Assembly: GCF_963921235.1 (NCBI RefSeq)
Contig: NW_026948140.1
Location: 310,001 to 374,000, forward strand
Length of the DNA stretch: 64,000 nucleotides
Direction: 5' to 3'
DNA from: Mobula hypostoma
Taxonomy: Eukaryota
Shown: positions 49,425-60,865 of the stretch, piece after piece
Layout of the letters: each line of letters begins with the position of its first letter
How positions within the stretch are numbered: the first letter of the stretch is position 1
Translations under genes and position numbers: made by a program
Notes under the pieces: generated by a model
Told to the model about the DNA's origin: nothing
Databases searched by the model: none
The model's input: the letters and a program-made list of their open reading frames with translations, nothing else

Positions 49425-52065
49425 AAACAAAAGGAGACAGATAAATGGGTGACTGTCAGGAGAGGGAAGGAGGAGCATCAGATAGTGGCGAGCACCCCTG
49501 TGGCCGTCCCTCTCAACAATAAGTACTCCATTTTGAGTACTGTTGGATGGCGGGATGACCTACCTGAGGGAAGCAACAGCAGCCATGCCTCTGCACTGAG
49601 TCTGGTCCTGTGGCTCAGAAGGGTTGGGAACTGAAGAGAATGGCAGCAGTAATAGGGGGCTCTATAGTCAGGAGGACAGATAGGTAATTCTGTGGACATG
49701 AAAAGAGAACATGGCTAGTAGTTTGTCTCCCAGGTTCCAGGTTCTGAGGTGTTTCCGGACATGTCCGCAATATCCTGAAAAGGGAGGTGAGCAACCAGAA
49801 GTCATGGTATATTTTGGTACGAATGATATACGAAGGAGGTCCTGAAAAAAAGAATATAGGGAGTTAGGAAGGAAGCAGAGAAGCAGGAACTCAAAGGTAG
49901 TAATCTTGGGATTGCTGCCTGTGTTGGGAGCTTAACTTCAAAGGATATACTTCGTAATGAAAGGACAGGCAGGAAGGCATAGGCTGTGGTGTGGCTGTGT
50001 TGGTAAGAGATGGAATTACTTCCTTAGAAAGAGGTGACATAGAGTCAGAGAATGTCGAATCATTGAGGGTAGATTAAGAAACTGCAGGGGTAGAAAAACC
50101 GTTATGGGAATCATATATAGGCCTCCAAATAGTAGCCAAGATGTGGGGTTGAGATTGTAAAGGGAGCTGGAAAAGGCATGTAATAAGAGTAATGACATAA
50201 TTGTAATTGGGGACTTCAATATGTAAGGGGATTGGGAAAATCGGATTGCAGTCAGATCGCAAGAGAGGGAAATTGTTGAACGCCTATGAATGGCTTTTAG
50301 AGCAGCTTGTGCTTGAGCCTACTTGGGGAAAAGCTATCTTAGAATGGGTGTTGTGTAATAACCCAGATTTTATTAGTCAGCTTATCATAAAGTAACTCTT
50401 AGGAGGCAGTGATCATAATATGTTTGAATTCATACTGCAATTTGACAGGGGGAAGCATAAGTGATATGTATCAGTATTACAGTGGAATAAAGGGAATTAC
50501 AGAGGCATGAGAGAGGAGCTTGCCCATATGGATTGGAGGAGGATACTCGCAGGATGATGGCAAAGCAGATATGGCTGAAGTTTCTGGGAACAGTTCAAAA
50601 GGTGCAGGAAAGATATGTCCCACAAAGGAAGAAGTTCTCAAACGGCAGGGGTGGGACACAATGGCTGACAAAGGAAGTTAAGGACAGCATAAAAGCCAAG
50701 GAAAAGGAATACAAGGTAGCAAGAGTGAGTGGGAAGTCGGATGATTGGGAAGCTTTTAAGTTCCAACAAAAGGTAACTAAAAAAACTACAGGAAGGTAAA
50801 AGGTGAAATATAAGGGCAAACTAGCCAATAATATAAAGCAGGATACCGAAAGTTCTTTCAGCTATATAAAGAATAAAACGGAGAGTTAATATTAGACCAC
50901 TGGAAAATGATGCTGGTGAGATAGTAATGCAGGACAAAGAAATGGCAGGTGAACTTAATAAGTACTTTGCATCAGCCTTCACTGTGGAAGACACTAGCAG
51001 TGTGCTAGAGATCCGTGAGTGTCAGGGAGCAGGAGTGAGTGCCATTGCTATTACAAAGGAAAAGGTGCTAGGCAAACAGAAAGGACTTAAGGTGGATAAG
51101 ACACCTGGGCCAAATGGACTACATCCCGGAGTCCTGAGAGAGGTTGTTGAAGAAATAACGAATGCATCAGTTGTGATCTTTCAAGAATCACTTGGTTGTG
51201 GCATAGTCCCAGAGGACTGGAAGATTGCAAATGTCACTTCACTCTTTAAGAAGGGAGGAAGACAAAAGAGAAGAAATTATAGATCAGTTAGCCGAAACAG
51301 TGATTGGAAAAGTGTTGGAGTCCATTATTAAGGATGAGGTTTCAGGGTACTTGGAGACTAATGACAAAATAAGTCAAAGTCAGCATTGTTTCTGTAAAGG
51401 GAAATCTTACCTGACAAATCTTTGAGAATTCTTTGTAGAAACATACAAACATAGAAAACCTATAGCACAATACAGGCCCTTAGGCCTGCAATGCTGTGCC
51501 AAACATGTACTTACTTTAGAAATTACCTCGGGTTATCCATAGCCCTCTATTTTTCTAAGCTCCATGTACCTGTCCAGGAGTCTCTTAAAAGACCCTGTTG
51601 TATCCGCCTCCACCACTGTCGCCGGCAGCCCATTCCACACACTCACCACTCGCTGTGTAAAAAACTTACCCCTGACATCTCCTCTGTACTTACTTCCAAG
51701 GCTGTACCTACTTCCAAGAGTAGGTTCTACCTTCTTCGGGGAAGTAACAAGCAGGGTGGACAAAGGAGAGGCAGTAAATGTTATTTACTTGGATTTTCAG
51801 AAGCTATTTGATAAAATGCCACACATGAAGCTGCTTAACAAGGTAAAATCCTATGACGTTACAGGAAAGATACTGGCATGGACAGAGGACTTGCTGACAG
51901 GCAGGGGACAGCAAATGGGAATAAAGGGGGCCTTTTCTGGTTGGCTGCCAGTGACTAGTGATATTCCTCAGAGACCAGTATAGGGACCACTAATTTTCAC
52001 ATTATCAATGATTTAGATAATGGAATTGAGGCTTTGTGGCTGTGCTCCTATGTCTTATGGTTTTA
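49425..52065 (+). mobile_element. Decayed, internally deleted CR1 (ORF1 to RT) with a nested minus-strand CR1 3' end at ~51436-51730
   Basis: DKWVTVRRGK ORF1 motif, endonuclease remnants, KTPGPNGLHP, YLDFQK.FDK. Confidence 0.78.
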
Positions 52066-52489
52066 TAGTCTGATGCTATACATGGTTTCAGCATGGACTC
52101 GATGGGCCAAAGGGTCAGTTTCTGTACTGTACTTTTCTATGACTCTATGACTCTTTGAAAGCAGCATCCATCATCAGAGACCCCCACCATCCAGCCATAC
52201 CCTCTTATCACTACTGCCATCAAGAAGAGATAGAGGAACCTCCAAACTTACACCACCAGCTTCAGGAACAGTTACTACCCCTTAAGCATCAGGCTCTTGA
52301 ACAGAAGGGGATAACTTAACAACAAATCACTTGTAGTACAGTATCAGAGAAAGCAACACGCTGGACCACTGTTACCCCACGATTAAGAGCATTTGTCGTG
52401 TTATCCCAGTCCCATATTTTGTAAAGTTTGATCACCAGCTGTTCTTCTACTCCCTGAGTACAGGCAGAAGCTGAAGACTGCAATACCAA

Positions 52490-53350
52490 CAGTGAGGAGC
52501 GAGAAATTATGGACGAGGGAAGCACAGGAGCACTTACAGGACCGCTTCAAATTGGTGGACTGGACTGTATTCAGGGATTCATCTTTAAGTCTGAATGAGT
52601 ATGCCACAGCTGTCACTGGCATCATTAAGACCTGAGTGGCTGAGTGTGTGCCTATGAGAACTTACTAAACATACTGAAATCAAAGGTCATTGATGCACCA
52701 GGAGGCTCATAATCTGCTGAGAGCTAGATCTGTGACATTCAAATCTGGCGATTCAGGTCTGCACAAGAAACCAGGTATGACTTGTGAAGGGTTATTTTAA
52801 GAGCTGAGGAACAATTCAGAATGGGATTGGAGGTGCTCAGATGCACATCAACTCTGGCAGGGTTTGCATTCCATTACTTCCCACAAAATGAAATCTTACA
52901 TCGTGAATTGCAGTGATGCTTCATTCCCAGATGAGCTCAACTCCTTTTATTCTCGCTTTGAAAGGGAGAATAAAACTAGTGCTATGAGGATGCCTACAGC
53001 ACCTGGTGATGCTCAGAGCTCTCTCTTGGAGGCTGACGTCAAGCTGTCTTTTAGAAGGGTGAACCCTCGCAAGGCAACAGGCTCCAATGGAGTACCTGGA
53101 AGGGCTCTGAAAACCTGTGCCAACTATCTGATTAAGAGGAATTTTCAATCTCATATTGCTACAGTCAGAATTCCCCATCTACTTCAGAAGGGCAGCAATC
53201 ATACCAGTGCCCAAGAAAAGCAGAGTGAACTGCCTTATCAACTATCATCTAGTAGTACTCACAGCTATGGTGGTGAAGTGATTTGAGAGGTTGGTTATGC
53301 CTAGAATTAATTCCCGTCTCAGCAAGGACCCGGACTCTCTGCAATTTGTA
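52490..53350 (+). mobile_element. Decayed Rex1/Babar-like (family 2) fragment
   Basis: FPDELNSFYSRFE...VNPRKATG in ORF 52864-53286, homologous to 33370-33700. Confidence 0.75.
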
Positions 53351-53844
53351 CAGTATATGGTAACACATATGGTACTTTGATAATAAATTTACTTTGAACT
53401 TTTAATTTTTAATTTCTTTTAGGTTTGTAATGATTGTTTCAGGCATAGAGATGTGAGTTAGATGTCAGATTAGAGTTTAGGAACAGAGATATGAGTGAAT
53501 TAGAGGGTGGAGCGGAGTTTGAGTCTCTGCTCTGCATTCAAAGACCAGCGACATGAACTTGGGACATCTGTGATGGGATGTTGGATCGCAGAGGGCGGAT
53601 GAGGGCCCCTCAGGGTCAGCAGAATCCAGAGCCGAGGTTCCATGCAGGCTGAAGGAACAAGTTCCGATAATCCTCTGAATTCACAAATTAGCGGGTTTCG
53701 AGTACATGGCCTAGTGTTCAATGATCAGTGAGACCTGGCAGTCCTTTGTACGATTCCCTGAAGTTAACTTGCAGGTTGAGTTGGTGGCAAGGAAGGCAAA
53801 TGCAAAGTTAGCATTTATTTTGAGAGGACTAGAACAAGGACATA

Positions 53845-54540
53845 TTGAGGCAGGAGGTGAAGATGGCAGCACGACCCAGCTCACAGCGGCCACTCCGGTG
53901 GTAATGTCTATTATTTGTCAAGTAGAGGGCCGTGCACAATCCTGATTTGATGGAGACGGACGTGAGAGCATGGAGGAACATCTGGTGAAACTTCTGAACT
54001 GCCTGCTTCGCTGCTGCTGCTACTGTGTGGTCCAGAATCTCCAAAGGCGAAGGCCCCGATTCCTCGGCTTTGCTGTTGCTTGGCGGCCGGGGCAGGGTCG
54101 AAGTGCTCGGCAGAGGATGGTGCTTGGAGAGGCTGTGCTGGAGGGGCTCATCGGAAGTTCGAAGTTTTCAGACGGACTCAGAGTCCACTGCGGTCGGGTG
54201 CTTCCAATGGTGCTGCATCGGCAAGTTGGTGGCGCTTGGAGGTTCATGGCAGGGAGAGTTTCTCCCTTCTACCGCCTGCGTGAGATGATGAGTCTATCGG
54301 GACTTTGAGACTTTTTTTACCGTGCCCATGGTCTGCTCTTTGTCAAATTATGGTATTGCTTTGCACTATTGTAACTATATGTTATGATTATGTGGTTTTG
54401 TCAGTTTTAGTCTTGGTTTGTCCTGTGTTTTTCTTGTGATATCATTCTGGAGGAACATTGTATCATTTTTAATGCATGCATTTCTAAATGACAATAAACG
54501 AGGACTGAGTGTCCTCATAATCTAATCTAATCTAAGTAAT
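53845..54540 (+). mobile_element. Probable non-autonomous retroposon (SINE-like or internally deleted LINE) with (ATCTA)n tail, inside a CR1 fragment (~53740-54665)
   Basis: GC/CpG-rich body starting near GAAGATGGC, AT-rich 3' part, AATAAA at ~54493, taatctaatctaatctaa tail. CR1 sequence resumes on both sides. Confidence 0.6.
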
Positions 54541-54668
54541 CTGAAAAAAGGATGCAATGCTGAGGCTTTATAAGGCATCGGTCAGACCAGACTTAGAGTA
54601 TTGTGAGCAGTTTTGGGTTCCTCATCTCAGAAAAGATATACTTGCATTGAAAAGGTCCAGAGGAGACT

Positions 54669-55086
54669 ATAGAACATAGAATACAGAAATCTACAGCACG
54701 TTACAGGTTCTTCAGTCCACAACGTTGTGCCAACCATGTAGCCTAGTCCAGAAACTGCCTAGAATTTCCCTACTGTATATCGCTCTATTTTCTTAAGCTC
54801 CGCGTAGCTATCTAAGAGTCTCTTAAAAGACCCTATTATATCTGTCTCCACTGCCATTGCTGGCAGTGCATTCCACACACCCAGCATGCTCTGTGTGAAA
54901 AACTTACCCCTGATATCCCCCTGTACCTTCTTCCAAGCACCTTAAAATTATGCCCCCTCGTGCTAGTCATTTCAGCCCTAGGATATCCTCTGGCTATCCA
55001 CATGATCAATGCCTCTAATCATCTTATACAGCTCCATCAGGTCACCTCTGATCCTCCAGCGCTCCAAGGAGAAAAGGGCAAGTTCA
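54669..55086 (-). mobile_element. CR1 3' fragment
   Basis: Tail and 3' UTR homologous to 13448-13810. Confidence 0.82.
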
Positions 55087-55327
55087 TGTAACATGCTGTA
55101 AGGTTTCACTGATAATGTGATGGTTTCTCTGTAGCAGCAATGTTTGGGTTATGACTAGAGATAACAAGGTTTGGAATGCTGTTGTTCTTTCTTGTGAGCA
55201 CTCTCCGCTCGTTCTTCAGGTTCTGTGGTTACTATCGGAGGTTTGTGAAAGGCTGCACGAAAGTGAGTCACCCTTTGAATCATCTTCTGTGCGGTTACCC
55301 TCCCTTGGGGAAGAAAGGAAGGGAGAA

Positions 55328-58117
55328 TACCTACATGGAATTATGATGTAGTGGCCATTGCGGAGACTTGGCTGGCACCAGGGCAGGAATGGATTCTCAA
55401 TATTCCTGGATTTCAGTGCTTTAAAAGGGATAGAGAAGGCAGAAAAAGGGGAGGAGGGGTGGCATTACTGGTCAGGGATACTATTACAGCTTCAAAAAGG
55501 GTGGGTAATGTAGCAGGATCCTCTTTTGAGTCAATATAGTTGGAAGTCAGGAACAGGAAGGGAGCAGTTACTCTACTGGGGGTATTCTATAGGCCCCCTG
55601 GTAGCAGCAGAGATACAGAGGAGCAGATTGGGAGGCAGATTTTGGAAAGGTGCAAAAATAACAGAGTTGTTATCATGGGTGACTTTAACTTCCCTAATAT
55701 TGATTGGCACCTGATTAGTTCCAAGGGTTTAGATGGGGCAGAGTTTGTTAAGTGTGTCCATGACGGATTCCTGTCACAGTATGTGGACAGGCCGACCAGG
55801 GGGAATGCCATACTAGATCTAGTACTAGATAATGAACCGGGTCAGGTCACAGATCTCTCAGTGGGTGAGCATCTGGGGGATAGTGACCACCGCTCCCTGG
55901 CTTTTAGCATTATCATGGAAAAGGATACAATCAAAGAGGACAGGAAAATTTTTAATTGGGGAAAGGCAAATTATGAGGCTATAAGGCTAGAACTTGCAGG
56001 TGTGAATTGGGATGATGTTTTTTCAGGGAAAGGTACTATGGACATGTGGTCGATGTTTAGAGATCTCTTGCGGGATGTTAGGGATAAATTTGTCCTGGTG
56101 AGGAAGATAAAGAATGGTAGGGTGAAGGAACCATGGGTGACAAGTGAGGTGGAAAATCTAGTCAGGTGTAAGAAGGCAGCATGCATGAGGTTTAGGAAGC
56201 AAGGGTCAGATGGGTCTATTGAGGAATATAGGGAAACAAGAAAGGAGCTTAAGAAGGGGCTGAGAAGAGCAAGAAGGGGGCATGAGAAGGCCTTGGCGAG
56301 TAGGGTAAAGGAAAACCCCAAGGCATTCTTCAATTATGTGTAGAAAAAAAGGATGACAGGAGTGAAGGTAGGACTGATTAGAGATAAAGGTGGGAAGATG
56401 TGCCTGGAGGCTGTGGAAGTGAGCGAGGTCCTCAATGAATACTTCTCTTCAGTATTCACCAATGAGAGGGAACTTGAGGATGGTGAGGACAATATGAGTG
56501 AGGTTGATGTTCTGGAGCATGTTGATATTAAGGGAGAGGAGGTGTTGGAGTTGTTAAAATACATTAGGACAGATAAGTCCCCGGGGCCTAACGAAATATT
56601 CCCCAGGCTGCTCCACGAGGCGAGAGAAGAGATTGCTGAGCCTCTGGCTAGGATCTTTATGTCCTCGTTGCCCACGGGAATGGTACCGGAGGATTGGAGG
56701 AAGGCGAATGTTGTCCCCTTGTTCAAAAAAGGTAGTAGGGATAGTCCGGGTAATTATAGACCAGTGAGCCTTACGTCTGTGGTGGGAAAGCTGTTGGAAA
56801 AGATTCTTAGAGATAGGATCTATAGGCATTTAGAGAATCATGGTCTGATCAGGGGCCGTCAGCATGGCTTTGTGAAGGGCAGATCATGTCTAACAAACCT
56901 GATAGAGTTCTTTCAGGAGGTGACCAGGCATATAGATGAGGATAGTGCAGTGGATGTGATCTATATGGATTTGAGTAAGGCATTTGACAACGTTCCACAT
57001 GGTAGGCTTATTCAGAAAGTTAGAAGGCATGGGATCCAGGGAAGTTTGGCCAGCTGGATTCAGAATTGGCTTGCCTGCAGAAGGCAGAGGGTGGTGGTGG
57101 AGGGAGTACATTCAGATTGGAGGATTGTGACTAGTGGTGTCCCACAAGGATCTTTTCTGGGACCTCTACTTTTTGTGATTTTTATTAACGACCTGGATGT
57201 GGGGGTAGAAGGGTGGGTTGGCAAGTTTTCAGACGACACAAAGGTTGGTGGTGTTGTAGATAGTGTAGAGGATTGTCAAAGATTGCAGAGAGACATTGAT
57301 AGGATGCAGGAATAGGCTGAGAAGTGGCAGATGGAGTTCAACCTGGAGAAGTGTGAGGTGGTACACTTTGGAAGGACAAACTCCAAGGCAGAGTACAAAG
57401 TAAATGGCAGGATACTTGGTAGTGTGGAGGATCAGAGGGATCTCGGGGTACATGTCCACAGATCCCTGAAAGTTGCCTCACAGGTGGATAGGGTAGTTAA
57501 GAAAGCTTATGGGGTGTTAGCTTTCATAAGTCTAGGGATAGAGTTTAAGAGTCGCGATGTAATGATGCAGCTCTATAAAGCTCTGGTTAGGCCACACTTG
57601 GAGTACTGTGTCCAGTTCTGGTCACCTCACTATAGGAAGGATGTGGAAGCATTGGAAAGGGTACAGGGGAGATTTACTAGGATGCTGCCTGGTTTAGAAA
57701 GAATGCATTATGATCAGAGATTAATGGAGCTAGGGCTTTACTCTTTGGAGAGAAGGAGGATGAGAGGAGACATGATAGAGGTGTACAAGATAATAAGAGG
57801 AATAGATAGAGTGGATAGCCAGCGCCTCTTCCCCAGGGCACCACTGCTCAATACAAGAGGACATGACTTTAAGGTAAGGGGTGGGAAGTTCAAGGAGGAT
57901 ATTAGAGGAAGGTTTTTTACTCAGAGAGTGGTTGGTGCGTGGAATGCACTGCCTGAGTCAGTGGTGGAGGCAGATACAGTAGTGAAGTTTAAGAGACTAC
58001 TAGGCAGGTATATGGAGAAACTTAAGGTGGGGGCTTATTTGGGAGGCAGGGTTTGAGGGTCGGCACAACATTGTGGGCCGAAGGGCCTGTACTGTGCTGT
58101 ACTATTCTATGTTCTAT
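55328..58117 (+). mobile_element. CR1 subfamily C ORF2 + 3' UTR, inserted in the Gypsy
   Basis: ORFs 55540-56343, 56353-57315 and 57331-58056 in one frame with stops; TSD GAGAA (55323-55327 / 58118-58122). Confidence 0.93.
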
Positions 58118-60865
58118 GAGAAACAAGGACAGGAGGGTGGAGAGTATCTTCGACCATCAAAGCCCTTTGGACCGAGGTGGGATGCAAAATGTGAAGAGGC
58201 CTTTCAGCTGCTGAAGGAGCTACTGACCCAGGCACCGGTGCTGGCTTTTGCAGACCCCCCGATTACAGCATGTACTGCACAAGGATGCCAGCCAAGAGGA
58301 TTTAGGGGGCATCCTGCATCAGGATCAGGGCACCAGGTTGAGGCCTTTTGTGTTTGTCAGCCGGAGTCTGTCGCCCTCTGAGAAAAACTACCCCACGCAC
58401 AAGTTGGAATTTCTGGTGTTGAAATGGGTGGTGGTGGATAAGCTGAGTGACTACATCTACGGGGCCAAGGTTGAGGTGAGGACGGACAACAATCTCCTAA
58501 CTTATATCCTGACCTCGGCAAAACTGGATGCCACAGGCCATCAGTGGTTGGTGGCGTTTTCTGCCTATGATTTCAGCCTGAAGTACCAGCTGGGAAGCAG
58601 GAACATTGATGCTAATGCTTTGTCCTGATGGGCACCTGAGGGACTGGTGAGGGACGAGAAGTGGGAGAGCGTTCCTGCCCCGGGGGTGAAGGTCCTGTGT
58701 CAGTTTCCCATCTCTGTGAAGGCAGAGGAAAAGGAGGGGCAGGAGTGAGCGGTGGATCAACTGGGGTCTTCTGATGACGCCATCCCCCAATTTTATTGTA
58801 ACCTGACTGCTCTGAAGACAAATCAGCTGCCGGAATTGAGTTCTGGGGAAGTGGTAGCTGCTTTACGAGATGATCCGGGCATTGGTACCATATGGGCAGC
58901 GGTCGAAAAGGGCGACATGGCTTAGGCGGAGAGGACAAAACACGCGTCGATGCCTCTATTACTATGAGAATGGCCTCAGTTGGAGTTGAAAAACCAGATC
59001 TTCTACCGGGTCACATCACCCTCAGACCAACCCCGGCATTGCTAGCTTATTCTGCCTGAGAAGTATCAGAGGATAGCGTTGAAATCATTTAATGTGATTC
59101 TGGACATTTGGGGGTGGAAAAGACCTATGGATTTCTCAGAGTTCGGTTTTACTGGTCCCGAATGAAGTCAGAGGTTGAAGAACACTGCATGTCATGTATT
59201 TGATGCATACGGTGGATGACCTGCCTACGTGGGCAGCTTCCTTGTCCCACCTACAGAGTGTGGGGCCTCTGGACGGTGTATGTGGATTTCCTGTCAATAG
59301 AACCCGATGCCAACAACACAGTGAATGTCTTAGTCATCACGGACCACTACACCAGATATGCTCAGGCTTTTCTTACCAAGGATCAGAGGACATCTACAGT
59401 GGCAAAGCTGTTATGGGAGAAGTATTTCATTTATTATGGCCTTCCCAGGTGAATACGTAGTGATCAAGGACGGGATTTCGAGAGTAGACTCATCCGTGAG
59501 TTAATGGGCATGCTTGGAGTCAAGAAGTCAAGGACCATGCCCTATCACCCACAGGGTGATCCCCAGCCTTGCTAGACATACTTGGGACCCTGGAGATCAG
59601 CAAGACGAGCAGGTGGAGTTAACATATTGGGCATTTGGTTCACAGTTATAATTGTACATGAAATGAAGCTGCTGGGTATTCGCCATATTATCTGATGTTT
59701 GGGCGCGAGGCAAGGTTGCCAATTGACCTTTGTTTTGGGACTGACGAGGGTGACTTACCACCGAAGACTTATCTGAAGTATATGGCTGACATGAGAAGAG
59801 AGTTGAAAAGGGCTTATGAATTAGCTGAGGTCATGGCTGCCCAGCAGAATCCAGGGAATAAGAGGAGGTATGATCAAAAGGTGAGGTTCTCCCAACTCCT
59901 GCCGGGAGACAGAGTCCTCATAAGGAATTTGGGGCTACCTGGAAAGCATAAGTTGGCTGACCGCTGTGTGGCTACATCCTATGTAGTGGAGAACCAGATG
60001 CCAAACCTACTAGTTTTCCAGGTGAAACCAAAGAATGGGAATGGGCCTGTCAAGATTCTCCATCAGGACCACCCGTTGCCCCTGGGTCAAGAGGCGCAGG
60101 TAGACCTGAGCCCGATTTGGAACTTACACTTGGTAAAAGGACTCTGCGGAAACATGGGGTGACTACTGGGCCGCCAACAGGTAAGGTTAGGCCGGACCCC
60201 ACCCCTGAGAGGGATACTGATTCTGAGGATGAGGACTTGGATGTGTGGTATATGCTGCCTTTCGCTAGCTCCCCAGTGATTGAGGAAGAGACTCCCGGCC
60301 CTTCTCCCATTAAGACAGGTGAAGTCTGTGGGCAGCCTGGGTTGCAGCGGAACTCTGCAGGGGAGGAAGCGGGTTTTGATCATGGAACAGAGGGCTCCGA
60401 GTTGCAGGTGGGCACGAATGACAGATCGGGGGAGGCCTCGCCAGGTAGACCGGAAGAATCCCCAGTAGTGTCGGAACCTGAAGAGTTGGATGATGAGGTG
60501 CGGAGGTCTCAGAGAATTAGGAGAACACCGGACAGGTTGGCCTACATAGAAAGCAAGGGAACAAAGTGTGACCCCCTACTGTGTTGGGGAGCTATGTCAC
60601 TGCCTTTTACACCTGGACTGGGCTTTGTGTTTTGCAGGAAGGGTTGGCGAATTATCTCAACGTCATGAGGGCATGACTAAATTTGGTGGGGGGAAAGTAT
60701 AACAAGCTGTAGGGTTTCACTGCTGTGTAACATGCTGTAAGGTTTCTCTGTAGCAGCAATGTTTGGGTTATGACTAGAGATAACGGGGGTTGGCATGCTG
60801 TTGTTTTCCTTGTGAGTCTGGAAGAGAGATTTTGCCTGGGAGAGATGAGGAGAGAAGACGTGAAT

